Shown here: positions 1 to 9,473 of the stretch, in pieces
Layout: the number at the start of each line of letters is the position of its first letter
How positions within the stretch are numbered: the stretch's first letter is position 1
Assembly: GCA_965242525.1 (NCBI GenBank)
Contig: OZ251459.1
Span: 2,048,001 to 2,112,000, forward strand
Reading direction: 5' to 3'
Length of the DNA stretch: 64,000 nt
Source: an uncultured Candidatus Binatia bacterium
Lineage (GTDB): Bacteria > Desulfobacterota > Binatia > UBA9968 > JAJDTQ01
Made by a program: the position numbers and the translations under genes
The notes under the pieces: generated by a model
Databases searched by the model: none
The model's input: only the letters and a program-made list of their open reading frames with translations
Told to the model about the DNA's origin: nothing

Positions 1-1
1 C

Positions 2-85
2 CGCGCCGCCGGGAAACTCCGGCTCGAAGGCAAAGGCTACGTGGTTCAGGATGGCGACGTGATGCACATACGATTCAACGTGTGA
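2..85 (+). CDS. ychF: Redox-regulated ATPase YchF, C-terminal fragment (5' end outside window)
   Basis: Translates RAAGKLRLEGKGYVVQDGDVMHIRFNV*, the characteristic YchF C-terminus. Confidence 0.9.
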   Translation, partial: RAAGKLRLEGKGYVVQDGDVMHIRFNV

Positions 86-120
86 CGGGAACCGGTCAGC
101 TTTCGGTGCTCTTTCCGGCG

Positions 121-448
121 CTTCAGGAATTCGTGTGGGTTGAGACACTCCCCACGCACGCGACGAAATCCGCTTCCCTCCCATTCCGACCATGCCGTCC
201 TCGGTTTGGCGGCGCGGACGCCCCATCCCGTCATTCCCGCGAAAGCGGGAATCCATCCTTGTGAAAACTCCCCGTGCTTCCATCCTTCCGACCCAACCCC
301 ATGGCGCCATGCATGAGAACAATGAAACTGGATTCCCGCTTTCGCGGGAATGACGGGGCAGGCGTCTGCGGGGCAATGACGGCATGACCCCTTTCCCTCC
401 CCTTTCGCTCATCTTTCCCTTCTACCTTACCCACACAAAAGCCGGAAG
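121..448. mobile_element. Family A miniature element: imperfect TIRs (CTTCxGGxxTTxGTGTGGGT) around an inverted pair of CGTCATTCCCGCGAAAGCGGGAATCC REP-like hairpins
   Basis: REP at about 228-255 and its reverse complement at about 330-356; ends and internal sequence shared with copies at 15427-15708, 20323-20730 and 49806-49868. Confidence 0.75.
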
Positions 449-475
449 ACCAACAATCCAACCACCGCAACGACC

Positions 476-1636
476 CTACCCGGCCACGAGGTCGCCGCGC
501 CAGAGGCGGGCCAAGAAGGTGGAGGCCGGCAACACGTCGATGCCGTCGTCCGTCCGTCTTCCCCGGGGCTCCAGACAGACCACCACACGCCGGCCGACGC
601 CCGGATACTCCGCGGCCAGGCTCCGCAGTCCCCTCAGATGGTTCTGCGTGATCCGGGCGCTGGCCTTGGCTTCCACCGCGAGACGCATGTCGCCGAGCAC
701 GAAATCCACCTCGGTGCCGCCAGCGAGGCGCCAGTAGGACAACTCGTCGTCCAGCTCCCGGTAGGCGCGGAAGGCGGAAAGCTCGTGGAAGACCCAGTTC
801 TCGAACGCCTTTCCGTAGAGCGCCGAACCCGGGACCAGCGTGCCCCTTCGGGCCAGCCGGTTTACCACGCCGACGTCCGCGAAGTAGAACTTCGGCGCGC
901 GCACCGTTCGCCGTTTGCGGCGTTTCCGCCAAGCCGGCAGCCGGCGCCCCAACAGGGTGTCTTCGAGGATCTCGAAATAACCCTTGGCCGTGTGGCTGGA
1001 CACCGCGCACTCGCTGGCGATGTTGGAGAAGTTGACCATCTCTCCGTCGCTCAGGGCCGCGGCGTCCAGAAAACCCGAGAAGGCCGGCAGGTTGCGGACC
1101 AGGCCCTCCGCGGCCACTTCCTCCTTGAGGTAGTCGGCCACGTACCCGTCCAGCAGCCGTTCCGGTCGGCTGGCCTCGTACATGCGCGGCAGGTAGCCGC
1201 GGTTCAGCAGCCGGGTCAGGTCGAAGCCGCTGCCGACCTCGTCCGCGGTGAGGCCGTGCAGCTCGTACCGCACCGCCCTTCCGCCGAGCAGGTTGGCGGC
1301 GCCGCGCCTCACCTTGCGCGCGCTGGACCCGCACAGGGCGAAGCACAGCCCGCGGTTCTCCATCAACCAGTGGACCTCGTCCAGCAGCGCGGGAACCTTC
1401 TGGACCTCGTCGATGACGACCCGGCTGCCGGCCGGCAGTCCTTCCGCCTCGACTTCCTCGCGCAGCCGCTCGGGATGGACCGCGTAGCGCCGGAACTCGT
1501 CGGTCTTCAGCAGGTCGAGCCAGCGGACCCGCGGGTAGCGCTGCCGCAGCAGCGTGCTCTTGCCGGTCTGGCGCGCTCCCCACAGGAAGAAGGTCTCCTG
1601 CCCCGGACCGGGCAGGGAGAGGTTTCGTTGGAACAT
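476..1636 (-). CDS. AAA+ ATPase with DUF4143 C-terminal domain
   Basis: Walker A GARQTGKS, Walker B IDEVQK, GSS motif, PKFYFADVG, C-terminal EVDF...EAK. Confidence 0.85.
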   Translation of the reverse strand: MFQRNLSLPGPGQETFFLWGARQTGKSTLLRQRYPRVRWLDLLKTDEFRRYAVHPERLREEVEAEGLPAGSRVVIDEVQKVPALLDEVHWLMENRGLCFALCGSSARKVRRGAANLLGGRAVRYELHGLTADEVGSGFDLTRLLNRGYLPRMYEASRPERLLDGYVADYLKEEVAAEGLVRNLPAFSGFLDAAALSDGEMVNFSNIASECAVSSHTAKGYFEILEDTLLGRRLPAWRKRRKRRTVRAPKFYFADVGVVNRLARRGTLVPGSALYGKAFENWVFHELSAFRAYRELDDELSYWRLAGGTEVDFVLGDMRLAVEAKASARITQNHLRGLRSLAAEYPGVGRRVVVCLEPRGRRTDDGIDVLPASTFLARLWRGDLVAG

Positions 1637-1689
1637 GTGCTTCAGCTTATCATGTTAATTGGAATCGCTGCTTCAAATTATCACAGCAG

Positions 1690-1900
1690 AAAACCCTGGA
1701 CAATTACCCCCGTTCGCTTTCCTGCGGGAGAGGAAGTTGAAGCCGGAATTGGTCAGGGTTTCCCGTAATCGGAACATCTGGACAACCGAGACATCCGGAA
1801 TAGATCCCCTTGCCCTGGCCCTCCCATCCCCGCTCGTCCTGAGCGTAGCGTAGCGGAGTCAAAGGACGCGCCCTTGCTCCTCCGATTGTTCCGGGGTTCC
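1690..1900. repeat. Two adjacent family B elements: a core-less copy at about 1690-1763 and a full copy at 1771-1900
   Basis: Degenerate GGAACxxCTGxACAA...TTGTTCxGGGGTTCC ends and TCGTCCTGAGCGTAGCG core. Confidence 0.65.
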
Positions 1901-1912
1901 GATCGAAAGGTC

Positions 1913-3217
1913 TCAACGGATCATGGTGTTCGGCAGGAACAGGGCGATGTCCGGGAAGGCCACGAGGATCGCCAGGCACACGGCCATGGCGATCCAGAAG
2001 GGCAGGATGCCGGCGAATATCTGCGTCATGGGCACGTCTTCGGCGATGCCCTTGACCACGAAGACGTTGACCCCCACCGGGGGGCTGATGAGTCCCATCT
2101 CCAGCACGATGACCATGACCACGCCGAACCAGATGGGGTCGTATCCCAGGGTCAGGATGATGGGATGCACGATGGGGAGGGTGAGCACCAGCATGGCGAA
2201 GCCCTCCAGGAACATCCCGAGCACGATGTAGGCGGCCAGCAGGATGGCGAGCACCGCCAGCCGGGGCAGCTCCATGCCCACCAGCGTCTCGGCCAGGTCC
2301 GTGGGGATGTGGGTCAACGCCAGGAACGGGTTGAAGATGTGGGCGCCCACCAGGATGAGGAAGACCAGGGCGGTGGTGCGCACGCTCTCCAGGGACAGGG
2401 ACGAAAGCGACGCCCACGACAGGCGGCCCCGCACCAGGGCCAGCAGCAGGGCCAGGAAGGCCCCCACGCCCGCGGCCTCGGTGGGGGTGAAGAGGCCCGC
2501 GTAGATGCCGCCGATGGTCAGGGCCACGATGCCGATCATGGCGCTGGCCTGCCGGACCGCCCGGACCCGGTCACGGACCGGGGAAGCCGGACCCGGGGGT
2601 CCCAGGTGCGGACGGATGCGGGTCTGGATGAATATGGACAGGATGAACAGCCCGGTGAGCAGCAGCCCCGGGAAGACCCCGGCCAGGAACAGGCGCCCGA
2701 TGGATTCCTCGGTCAGGATGGCGTAGATCACGAAGCCGGTGCTCGGAGGGATGAGGATGCCCAGGGTGCCGCCCGCGGCGATGGCGCCCGTGGCCAGGCG
2801 CGGGTCGTAGCGGTAGGCGCGCATCTCCGGCAGCGACACCTTGCCCATGGTCACGGCCGCTGCCACCGAAGACCCGGACAGGGCCGCGAACCCGGCGCAC
2901 GCGGCAATGGTGGCCGAGGCCAGGCCGCCGCGCCAGTGGCCGAACCAGACGTAGGCCGCGGCGTAGAGGTCGCGGCTCATGCCGGAGACCGTGGCGAAGT
3001 TCCCCATGAGCACGAACAACGGTATGACGATGAGCTCGTAGTTGGTGGCGATGACGAAGGGCTCGCTGCCCAGCATGGCCAGGGCCGGCCCCCAGCCGTT
3101 GAGGGCGCCGAACCCCAGGAGGCCCACGAGCATCATGGCGATGCCCACGGGCATACGGAGGGCCAGCAGCACGAACAGCCCCGCCAACCCCAGCAGCCCC
3201 GCGCCCGTGGGACTCAT
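1913..3217 (-). CDS. dctM: TRAP transporter large permease (DctM family)
   Basis: Highly hydrophobic; motifs GGTLGILIPPS, FTPTEAA, GLISPPVG; start taken at MSPTGAG, overlapping the dctQ stop. Confidence 0.92.
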   Translation of the reverse strand: MSPTGAGLLGLAGLFVLLALRMPVGIAMMLVGLLGFGALNGWGPALAMLGSEPFVIATNYELIVIPLFVLMGNFATVSGMSRDLYAAAYVWFGHWRGGLASATIAACAGFAALSGSSVAAAVTMGKVSLPEMRAYRYDPRLATGAIAAGGTLGILIPPSTGFVIYAILTEESIGRLFLAGVFPGLLLTGLFILSIFIQTRIRPHLGPPGPASPVRDRVRAVRQASAMIGIVALTIGGIYAGLFTPTEAAGVGAFLALLLALVRGRLSWASLSSLSLESVRTTALVFLILVGAHIFNPFLALTHIPTDLAETLVGMELPRLAVLAILLAAYIVLGMFLEGFAMLVLTLPIVHPIILTLGYDPIWFGVVMVIVLEMGLISPPVGVNVFVVKGIAEDVPMTQIFAGILPFWIAMAVCLAILVAFPDIALFLPNTMIR

Positions 3218-3732
3218 TCCGCTTTCTCTCGGGGACCCCGGAGGATGCCCGCGGCCCCCTGGATCAGCAGCACCAGGGCGAACAGCAACCAGCCGAAGCT
3301 CATCAGGAACACGAAGGGATGGTGCGGGATCTCCACCAGGTTGGACGCCTCGCCGTACTCCAGGGCGTCCAGCCCCTGCCCCAGGGCCTGCACCGAGACG
3401 TAGCCGAACAGGACCGCGCCCGCGAGCCGCATCAAGGCGTCGGTGTAGCGCAACCGGCTCTCGTCCACCACCGAACTGATGAGGTCCACCGCCACGTGGC
3501 CGCCGGTCCAGCCGCAGTAGGGTATCCCCAGGAAGACCACCACCGCCAGGCTCAACTCGGAGATGTCCTGGGCGCCGAGGATGGGCGCGTTGAAGACGTA
3601 ACGCATCACCACCGCGGCCACCGTCAGCCCCATGAGCCACAGGAGCGCGGCCCCGGCCGCGTATGCCAGGAGGCGGGTGGTCCGGCCCGCGGTCGCGCCC
3701 CCCGGCAACGCAGAGCCCGGTTCGCTATGCAT
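3214..3732 (-). CDS. dctQ: TRAP transporter small permease (DctQ family)
   Basis: Four TM segments, VVMRYVFNAP and GHVAVD motifs; lies between dctP and dctM. Confidence 0.9.
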   Translation of the reverse strand: MHSEPGSALPGGATAGRTTRLLAYAAGAALLWLMGLTVAAVVMRYVFNAPILGAQDISELSLAVVVFLGIPYCGWTGGHVAVDLISSVVDESRLRYTDALMRLAGAVLFGYVSVQALGQGLDALEYGEASNLVEIPHHPFVFLMSFGWLLFALVLLIQGAAGILRGPREKAE

Positions 3733-3738
3733 GGCGAA

Positions 3739-3848
3739 GGAACCTCTGGTCCATTCCGGCGTGAGGCGCCTCTCCCTATGGGAAAGCGCGTCCTTCGACT
3801 TCGCTTCGCTGCGCTCGGGACGAACGGAGGCAACCGTTCCGAGTTTCC
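3739..3848. repeat. Family B miniature element
   Basis: GGAACCTCTG...GAGTTTCC ends with CTTCGACTTCGCTTCGCTGCGCTCGGGACGAACGG core. Confidence 0.7.
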
Positions 3849-3865
3849 CGAACGCCGTTACCGGC

Positions 3866-4885
3866 TCATCCGCCCATGCCCATGGCCGCGAGGACCTTGC
3901 CCGCGTCGATGTCCTTGGCCGAGAGGGCCTCGACCGTCTTGCTGCGGACGCCGCTCAATGCCTGGCGGAAGCGCTTGTCCTCCGCGTCGGACAGGCGGAT
4001 GACCTCGCCCCTTCCGCTCTTCTCCTCCCCCGCCAGCGAGCTTGCCCCGGCCTTCTTGTAGATGCCCGCGGCCTTGACGCTCAGGGCCTCGCCCGAGGTC
4101 TCGTCCACGATCTTCCTGTGCTCGGCCGAAAGGCCGTCGTAGGCCTTGCGGTTCATCACCAGGAAGAACGCGGTGTTGGCGAAGGGTCCCACCGTATAGT
4201 ACTTGGCCACTTCGCCGATCTTGAAGCTGCGGATGACGCTCGGCGCCACCAGCAGCCCGTCCACCACCCCGGTCTTGAGGGCGTTGTACATGCGCGTGAC
4301 GGGCATGGCCACGGGAGTGGCCCCCAGCGCCGAGATGATGTCGCCCTGGAGCTTGGAGGGAGTGCGGATCTTCATGCCCTTCACGTCGTCCAGGGTCCGC
4401 ACCGCCTTGTTCCTGGTCATGATGACGGCCCTGTCGTTGGTCCACAGGGCGAGGATCCGGGTGCGGTCGTATTCCCCCTCCACCGCGCCCACAGCCTTCC
4501 ACAGCATCCTGGTGGCCGCCACCGCGTCCGGGGCGATCCCCGGCAACTCCACCAGCAGCGTCCTCGGGAAGAGCGATGACGTGTATCCCTGCAACCCGAA
4601 GGTGATGTCCGCGATGCCGTCCACCGCCCGCTTGTACTGGGCCGCCGGCCCCTTGCCCAGCTCCCCGCCGGGGTAGATCCGCACCGTCAACGAACCGTTG
4701 CTGCGCTTCGCCACCTCGTCCCCCCACGGCCGCATCACCAGCCGGTCCATGGGGTGCTTGGGAGACGTGAAGTGGGCGAGCTTGAGCTCCACCGCGTGCG
4801 CCGCCACCCCCAGCGCCGCGAGCCAGCCGCACAACGCGGCCGCCGCCGCCAACGTCCTGAAACAGCTTCCGAGTGATTGGGACAT
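3866..4885 (-). CDS. dctP: TRAP transporter substrate-binding protein (DctP family)
   Basis: Signal peptide, IYPGGELG, DVKGMKIR, ALKTGVVDG; AAAGGAGG RBS before MSQSL. Confidence 0.9.
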   Translation of the reverse strand: MSQSLGSCFRTLAAAAALCGWLAALGVAAHAVELKLAHFTSPKHPMDRLVMRPWGDEVAKRSNGSLTVRIYPGGELGKGPAAQYKRAVDGIADITFGLQGYTSSLFPRTLLVELPGIAPDAVAATRMLWKAVGAVEGEYDRTRILALWTNDRAVIMTRNKAVRTLDDVKGMKIRTPSKLQGDIISALGATPVAMPVTRMYNALKTGVVDGLLVAPSVIRSFKIGEVAKYYTVGPFANTAFFLVMNRKAYDGLSAEHRKIVDETSGEALSVKAAGIYKKAGASSLAGEEKSGRGEVIRLSDAEDKRFRQALSGVRSKTVEALSAKDIDAGKVLAAMGMGG

Positions 4886-4928
4886 GGTCCGTCCTCCTTT
4901 CGACACATGCACGATTGCAAGCGGAAGC

Positions 4929-4958
4929 AGACTAACCGAACCGTTGCACGAGTGTCAA
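4929..4958 (-). promoter_or_regulatory. Candidate sigma70 promoter for the TRAP operon
   Basis: TTGACA-N18-TAGTCT on the minus strand upstream of dctP. Confidence 0.4.
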
Positions 4959-5037
4959 CGAAACGCCACTGCCGCGGGCGCACGGCAGCAGCGCGCTCGC
5001 TCCCCCGCCGAAGCTCGCGGCCGCCTTCCGCCGTATA

Positions 5038-5178
5038 GGAACCTCTGAACAATCGAGAGATCCAGGATGGATCCCCGCTTCCCTCACCCTGACGCCCCTA
5101 TCCCCGTTCGTCCTGAGCGTAGCGAAGCGAAGTCGAAGGACGCGCTTATGCCCCCTGTCCCGATCGTTCGGAGGTTCC
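5038..5178. mobile_element. Family B miniature element flanked by TATA on both sides
   Basis: tata|GGAACCTCTGAACAATCG...CGATCGTTCGGAGGTTCC|tata with GTTCGTCCTGAGCGTAGCGAAGCGAAGTCGAAGGACG core. Confidence 0.8.
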
Positions 5179-5209
5179 TATACTGTTTCCGTGCCGCGTC
5201 CGGTATAAA

Positions 5210-5337
5210 GGAACCCTGAACAATCGAGCCGTGGATGGGGCTATTCCCTCACGTGACCTTCCCATCCCCGTTCGTCCTGAGCGTAGCGAAGCGAAGTCGA
5301 AGGGCGCGCTCTTCCCTCGGGACCGTTCAGGGTTTCC
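5210..5337. repeat. Family B miniature element
   Basis: GGAACCCTGAACAATCG...GTTCAGGGTTTCC with the same core. Confidence 0.75.
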
Positions 5338-5388
5338 ACAAACGGGGCAGCGGGGCGCGCAAGGCTTTCGTCAACCGGAAGGAACTCC

Positions 5389-6807
5389 ATGGGGAAGGTT
5401 ACCGAGTCCCTGGCGGTCTATTGGGAGCGGCGCATGGCGCGCATCCTGCTGCTCGGGGTCGTCAGCGGTTTCCCCTGGGTGCTCATCGGCAGCAGCCTCA
5501 ACCTCTGGCTGAAGGAAGACGGCCTCAGCCGCAGCACCATCGGCTGGGCCGGGCTGATCTTCGGGGTCTATGCCTTCAACTTCCTGTGGGCGCCGCTCAT
5601 CGACCGCGTCCGCATACCTTGGCTCACGGGCCGATTGGGCCAGCGCCGGGCCTGGATCGTCACGCTCCAGGCGGTGATCGTGGCGTGCCTGCTCCTGTGG
5701 AGCGCTGTCGATCCCACCGCCAACTTGGCGGCGGTGGTGGGCATCGGCCTGGCCATCGCCGTCGCCTCCGCCACCCAGGACATCGCGGTGGACGCGCTCC
5801 GCATCGAGCAGGTGGGAACCACGGAAGCGGAGGCCATGGCCGCGGGGGCCGCCACCGCGGTGGTGGGCTGGTGGACCGGTTACAAGCTCGGCGGCATCGC
5901 CGCCCTGGAGACCGCGACCGCGTTCCAGAACGCCGGGGTCGAGGACTACTGGCAGGCCACCTTCGTAGTGCTCGGGGCGCTGGTGGTCCTCACCAACGTG
6001 GGCCTCCTGTTCGTGCGCGAGCAGGGGACCGCGGAACGCATGGCGGTGCAGGCCGCGGAGGAGAGCCGCATCGCCTCCCGCCTCGGGGTCTCCGGCGGGC
6101 TCGGCCGCGCCGCGGCGTGGCTCGGGGGCACGGTGGCGAGCCCCCTGCTGAGCTTCTTCCGGCGCAACGGCTTCGCCATCGCCCTGACCGTCCTGGGCTT
6201 CATCTTCCTGTTCAAGATCGGCGAGGCGTTCATGGGGCGCATGTCCCTGGTCTTCTACAAGGAGATCGGCTTCTCCAAGTCCGAGATCGCCCTCTACTCC
6301 AAGGGACTCGGCTGGGTCACCACCGTGACGTTCACCGTGCTGGGCGGGTTCTTCGCCATCCGCATGGGACTCGTGCGGGCCATGCTGCTGTCCGGCGTCG
6401 CCATGGCCTCCACCAACCTCCTGTTCGCGGCGCTGGCCTGGGCCGGCAAGTCGGAAGCCCTGTTCGCCGCCGCGGTGGTCATGGACGACCTCACCAGCGC
6501 CTTCGCCACGGTCATATTCGTGGCCTTCATCTCCATGCTGGTGGACCGGACCTACACCGCCACGCAATACGCCCTGCTGGCTTCCATCGGCACCGCGGGC
6601 CGGACCCTGTTCGCCGCCTCCTCCGGCGCGCTGGTGGACTGGCTGGACGGCGACTGGGGAACCTTCTTCGTCATCACGACCCTGATGGTGCTCCCCTCCC
6701 TGGTGTGCCTGTGGGCCATCCGCCGGAAACTCGGAGACCTGCTGGCCGACGCGCGAGTACGCCTCTCGCGCCGGGACGCGGAAGACGCCGCGGAAGGAGC
6801 GGGATGA
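5389..6807 (+). CDS. ampG: AmpG-like MFS permease (muropeptide transporter family)
   Basis: SGFPW, FLWAPLID, LGQRRAWI, SATQDIAVDALRIE, TATQYALLAS motifs. Confidence 0.85.
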   Translation: MGKVTESLAVYWERRMARILLLGVVSGFPWVLIGSSLNLWLKEDGLSRSTIGWAGLIFGVYAFNFLWAPLIDRVRIPWLTGRLGQRRAWIVTLQAVIVACLLLWSAVDPTANLAAVVGIGLAIAVASATQDIAVDALRIEQVGTTEAEAMAAGAATAVVGWWTGYKLGGIAALETATAFQNAGVEDYWQATFVVLGALVVLTNVGLLFVREQGTAERMAVQAAEESRIASRLGVSGGLGRAAAWLGGTVASPLLSFFRRNGFAIALTVLGFIFLFKIGEAFMGRMSLVFYKEIGFSKSEIALYSKGLGWVTTVTFTVLGGFFAIRMGLVRAMLLSGVAMASTNLLFAALAWAGKSEALFAAAVVMDDLTSAFATVIFVAFISMLVDRTYTATQYALLASIGTAGRTLFAASSGALVDWLDGDWGTFFVITTLMVLPSLVCLWAIRRKLGDLLADARVRLSRRDAEDAAEGAG

Positions 6808-6967
6808 CCGGCGCGTCCGTTCCGAGGGCAACGTTGCGAATTGACCGGGACGACGATTTTCATATACTTTGTAACGCGTCCTGGATGCTCCCTGGCCAGG
6901 ACCAATCGAAGAGTCGCGTGTGACAGCGCCCATCCGCGAAAGAGATCTCCCCGCCCGGAAGGGCAAC

Positions 6968-9466
6968 GTGGATAACGCAACGGCGCCCACTGCCGGCGCC
7001 GTCTTCCATCGGTGCGCGCTGCAGGTGAACCCATCCCGCTACGGCGGAACGTATCGCGGTCGGGCAACCGATGCCGATGCCCTGTCCCACGCCAGGGCCA
7101 TCGTCGAGAAGGCCGCTGAAGTCGGCGTTTCCGTCCTCGCGGTCACCGACCACGACAACGTGGGCGGCGTGGCCGCGTTCCGGGACGCTGCCGAGGGCCG
7201 CGGCATTACGGTATTCCCCGGTTTCGAGATCACGTCCTCCGAAGGCGTCCACGTCCTCTGCATCTACCCGCCGGAGGTCGAGGAAGAGGCCCTTGGCCGG
7301 TTCCTCCGCGGATTCGGCATCCACAAGACCGCTCCATCCTCGGACCTGTCCGGCCAGCCTTTCGAAGGAGTGATCGAGGCGGTCCGAACCCAGGGCGGCA
7401 TCGCCATCGCCGCCCCCGCGGTGGCCGCGGTCAACGCCAGGGACGTGGTGGAACCCGAAGACCTGGAGGACCCCGCGGCAACCTGCTGGATCAAGATGTC
7501 CGAGGTGGGCGTCGAGGGACTGCGACAGGCGTTTCTGGACCCGGGTTCACGGGTCCGCCTCAATCCCCGCAACGGCGAGACGGAGATGGAAGAGCACGCC
7601 GAGTTGGTGGAACTCGCCTGGGAAGGAGGGTTTCTCGATGGCGCAAGGGTGCGCTGGAACCCGAACCTCAACGTCCTCATCGGCGGACGCGGCGCCGGCA
7701 AGTCCACGGTCATCGAGAGCCTGCGTTACGTACTGAACGTGGACCCCGTGGGAGAGGACGCGCACAAGGCCCACCAGGGGATCGTGCGCCAAGTGCTGCG
7801 CAGCGGCGCCAAGCTGTCGCTTCGCGTCCGCTCCGTTCACCCGGAGCGGCGCGAATACCGGATCGAACGCACCGTGCCGAACCCGCCGGTGGTGCGCAAC
7901 GAGAGCGGCCAAGTCTCGAACCTGCTTCCCGAAGACGTGCTGCCGGGGGTGGAGGTGTACGGGCAGCACGAGATCTCCGAGTTGACCGGGAGCCGGGAGA
8001 AGCTCACCCGTCTCCTCCACCGCTTCGTCGAGCGCGATCCCTCGCTGCCCGGACGCAAGGCCGACATCCGTCGGGACCTGGAAAAGACCAGGCAGTCGAT
8101 CCTGGACGTGCGCGCCGAGCTCGGACAGGTCGAGGAACGGCTGGCAAGGCTTCCCGGCCTCGAAGAAACCCTCGAACGTTTCCGAGAGGCGGGGCTCGAA
8201 GACCGTCTCCGGGAGCGCAGCCTGCTCGTCCGCGAGGAAGGCGTGCTCGATTCGATTCCCGAGCGGCTGGAGCCTTTCCATGAGGGCCTGGCGAGCCTCC
8301 GCCATGCAACCCCCATCGACCGGGTGTTCCTGTCGCCGAAAGCGCTCGATGAACTGCCGGGAAAGGAGATACTGGCGGACGCCGACGGGGTCCTCGAACG
8401 CTTGAGCCGGGACATGGACGACTTGGCGCGCCGATGGGAGGAAGCGCTCACGCGGGCCGACGAAGCCGTGGCCGAAATCCGCTCCCGCTGGGACGAGCGC
8501 AAACGGGAAGTCCAGGAAGCCTACGAGGGAATCCTGCGCGAACTCCGGAAGTCCGCGGTGGACGGCGAGGAGTTCATCCGCCTGCAGCGCGAGATCGAGG
8601 GCCTGCGCCCGTTGCGAGAGCGCGAGTCCCTGCTGCGGCGGCTGGAACACGAGCACATGGAGCGGCGGCGGGCGCTGCTCGTCGAGTGGGAGGACCTCAA
8701 GGCCGAGGACTTCCGGCTCCTGGACCGGGCCGCGAAGGACGTCAACGGGAAGCTGCGCGACCGTGTTCGAATCGAGGTTACGGCCGCGGGAGACCGGGAG
8801 CCTCTGCTCCGGCTCGTCCGCGACGAGGTCGGCGGTCACATCGCGGAGGCCGTCGAGGCCCTCGACAAGGCCGACGACTTCTCGCTGACGCAGTTCGTCG
8901 AGAACTGCCGGGCGGGCGCTGACGCCGTCCGGAAGGCATACTCGGCGCCGCCGGCCCAATCGCAACGCCTTGCCGAGGCGCCTGCGGAGTTCCTGATGCT
9001 CGCGGAGGAGCTGGAGTTGCCGCCCACCACCGCCGTCCGACTCAATTTGGCGCCGACCGGCGAACCCCCGTCGTGGCGAGCGCTCGAAGACCTCTCGACC
9101 GGGCAGAAGGCCACCGCGGTGTTGCTGCTCCTGCTGCTCGAATCCAACGCCCCCCTGATCGTGGACCAGCCCGAGGACGACCTCGACAACCGCTTCATCA
9201 CCGAAGGCGTCGTCCCCCGGATGCGCGAGGAGAAACGTCGGCGGCAGTTCATCCTTTCGACCCACAACGCCAACATCCCGGTGCTGGGCGACGCCGAGTT
9301 GATACTCGGGCTCACCGCGTCCGGCGAAGCGGACGGAGGAAAGGCGCGGATCGCGCCGGAACACATGGGAGCCATCGACGCACGGCCGGTGCGAGAGTTG
9401 GTGGAGGACCTCCTCGAAGGGGGCAAGGACGCCTTCGAGACGAGACGGCTCAAGTACGGGTTCTGA
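6968..9466 (+). CDS. PHP phosphoesterase fused to SMC-like ABC ATPase (Ppl/TrlF-like); probable in-frame deletion in the PHP domain
   Basis: AVTDHD and PGFEI...EGVHVL PHP motifs; Walker A GGRGAGKS; coiled coil; LSTGQ; IVDQPEDDLDN; STHNANI. Confidence 0.8.
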   Translation: MDNATAPTAGAVFHRCALQVNPSRYGGTYRGRATDADALSHARAIVEKAAEVGVSVLAVTDHDNVGGVAAFRDAAEGRGITVFPGFEITSSEGVHVLCIYPPEVEEEALGRFLRGFGIHKTAPSSDLSGQPFEGVIEAVRTQGGIAIAAPAVAAVNARDVVEPEDLEDPAATCWIKMSEVGVEGLRQAFLDPGSRVRLNPRNGETEMEEHAELVELAWEGGFLDGARVRWNPNLNVLIGGRGAGKSTVIESLRYVLNVDPVGEDAHKAHQGIVRQVLRSGAKLSLRVRSVHPERREYRIERTVPNPPVVRNESGQVSNLLPEDVLPGVEVYGQHEISELTGSREKLTRLLHRFVERDPSLPGRKADIRRDLEKTRQSILDVRAELGQVEERLARLPGLEETLERFREAGLEDRLRERSLLVREEGVLDSIPERLEPFHEGLASLRHATPIDRVFLSPKALDELPGKEILADADGVLERLSRDMDDLARRWEEALTRADEAVAEIRSRWDERKREVQEAYEGILRELRKSAVDGEEFIRLQREIEGLRPLRERESLLRRLEHEHMERRRALLVEWEDLKAEDFRLLDRAAKDVNGKLRDRVRIEVTAAGDREPLLRLVRDEVGGHIAEAVEALDKADDFSLTQFVENCRAGADAVRKAYSAPPAQSQRLAEAPAEFLMLAEELELPPTTAVRLNLAPTGEPPSWRALEDLSTGQKATAVLLLLLLESNAPLIVDQPEDDLDNRFITEGVVPRMREEKRRRQFILSTHNANIPVLGDAELILGLTASGEADGGKARIAPEHMGAIDARPVRELVEDLLEGGKDAFETRRLKYGF

Positions 9467-9473
9467 GAGCGCG

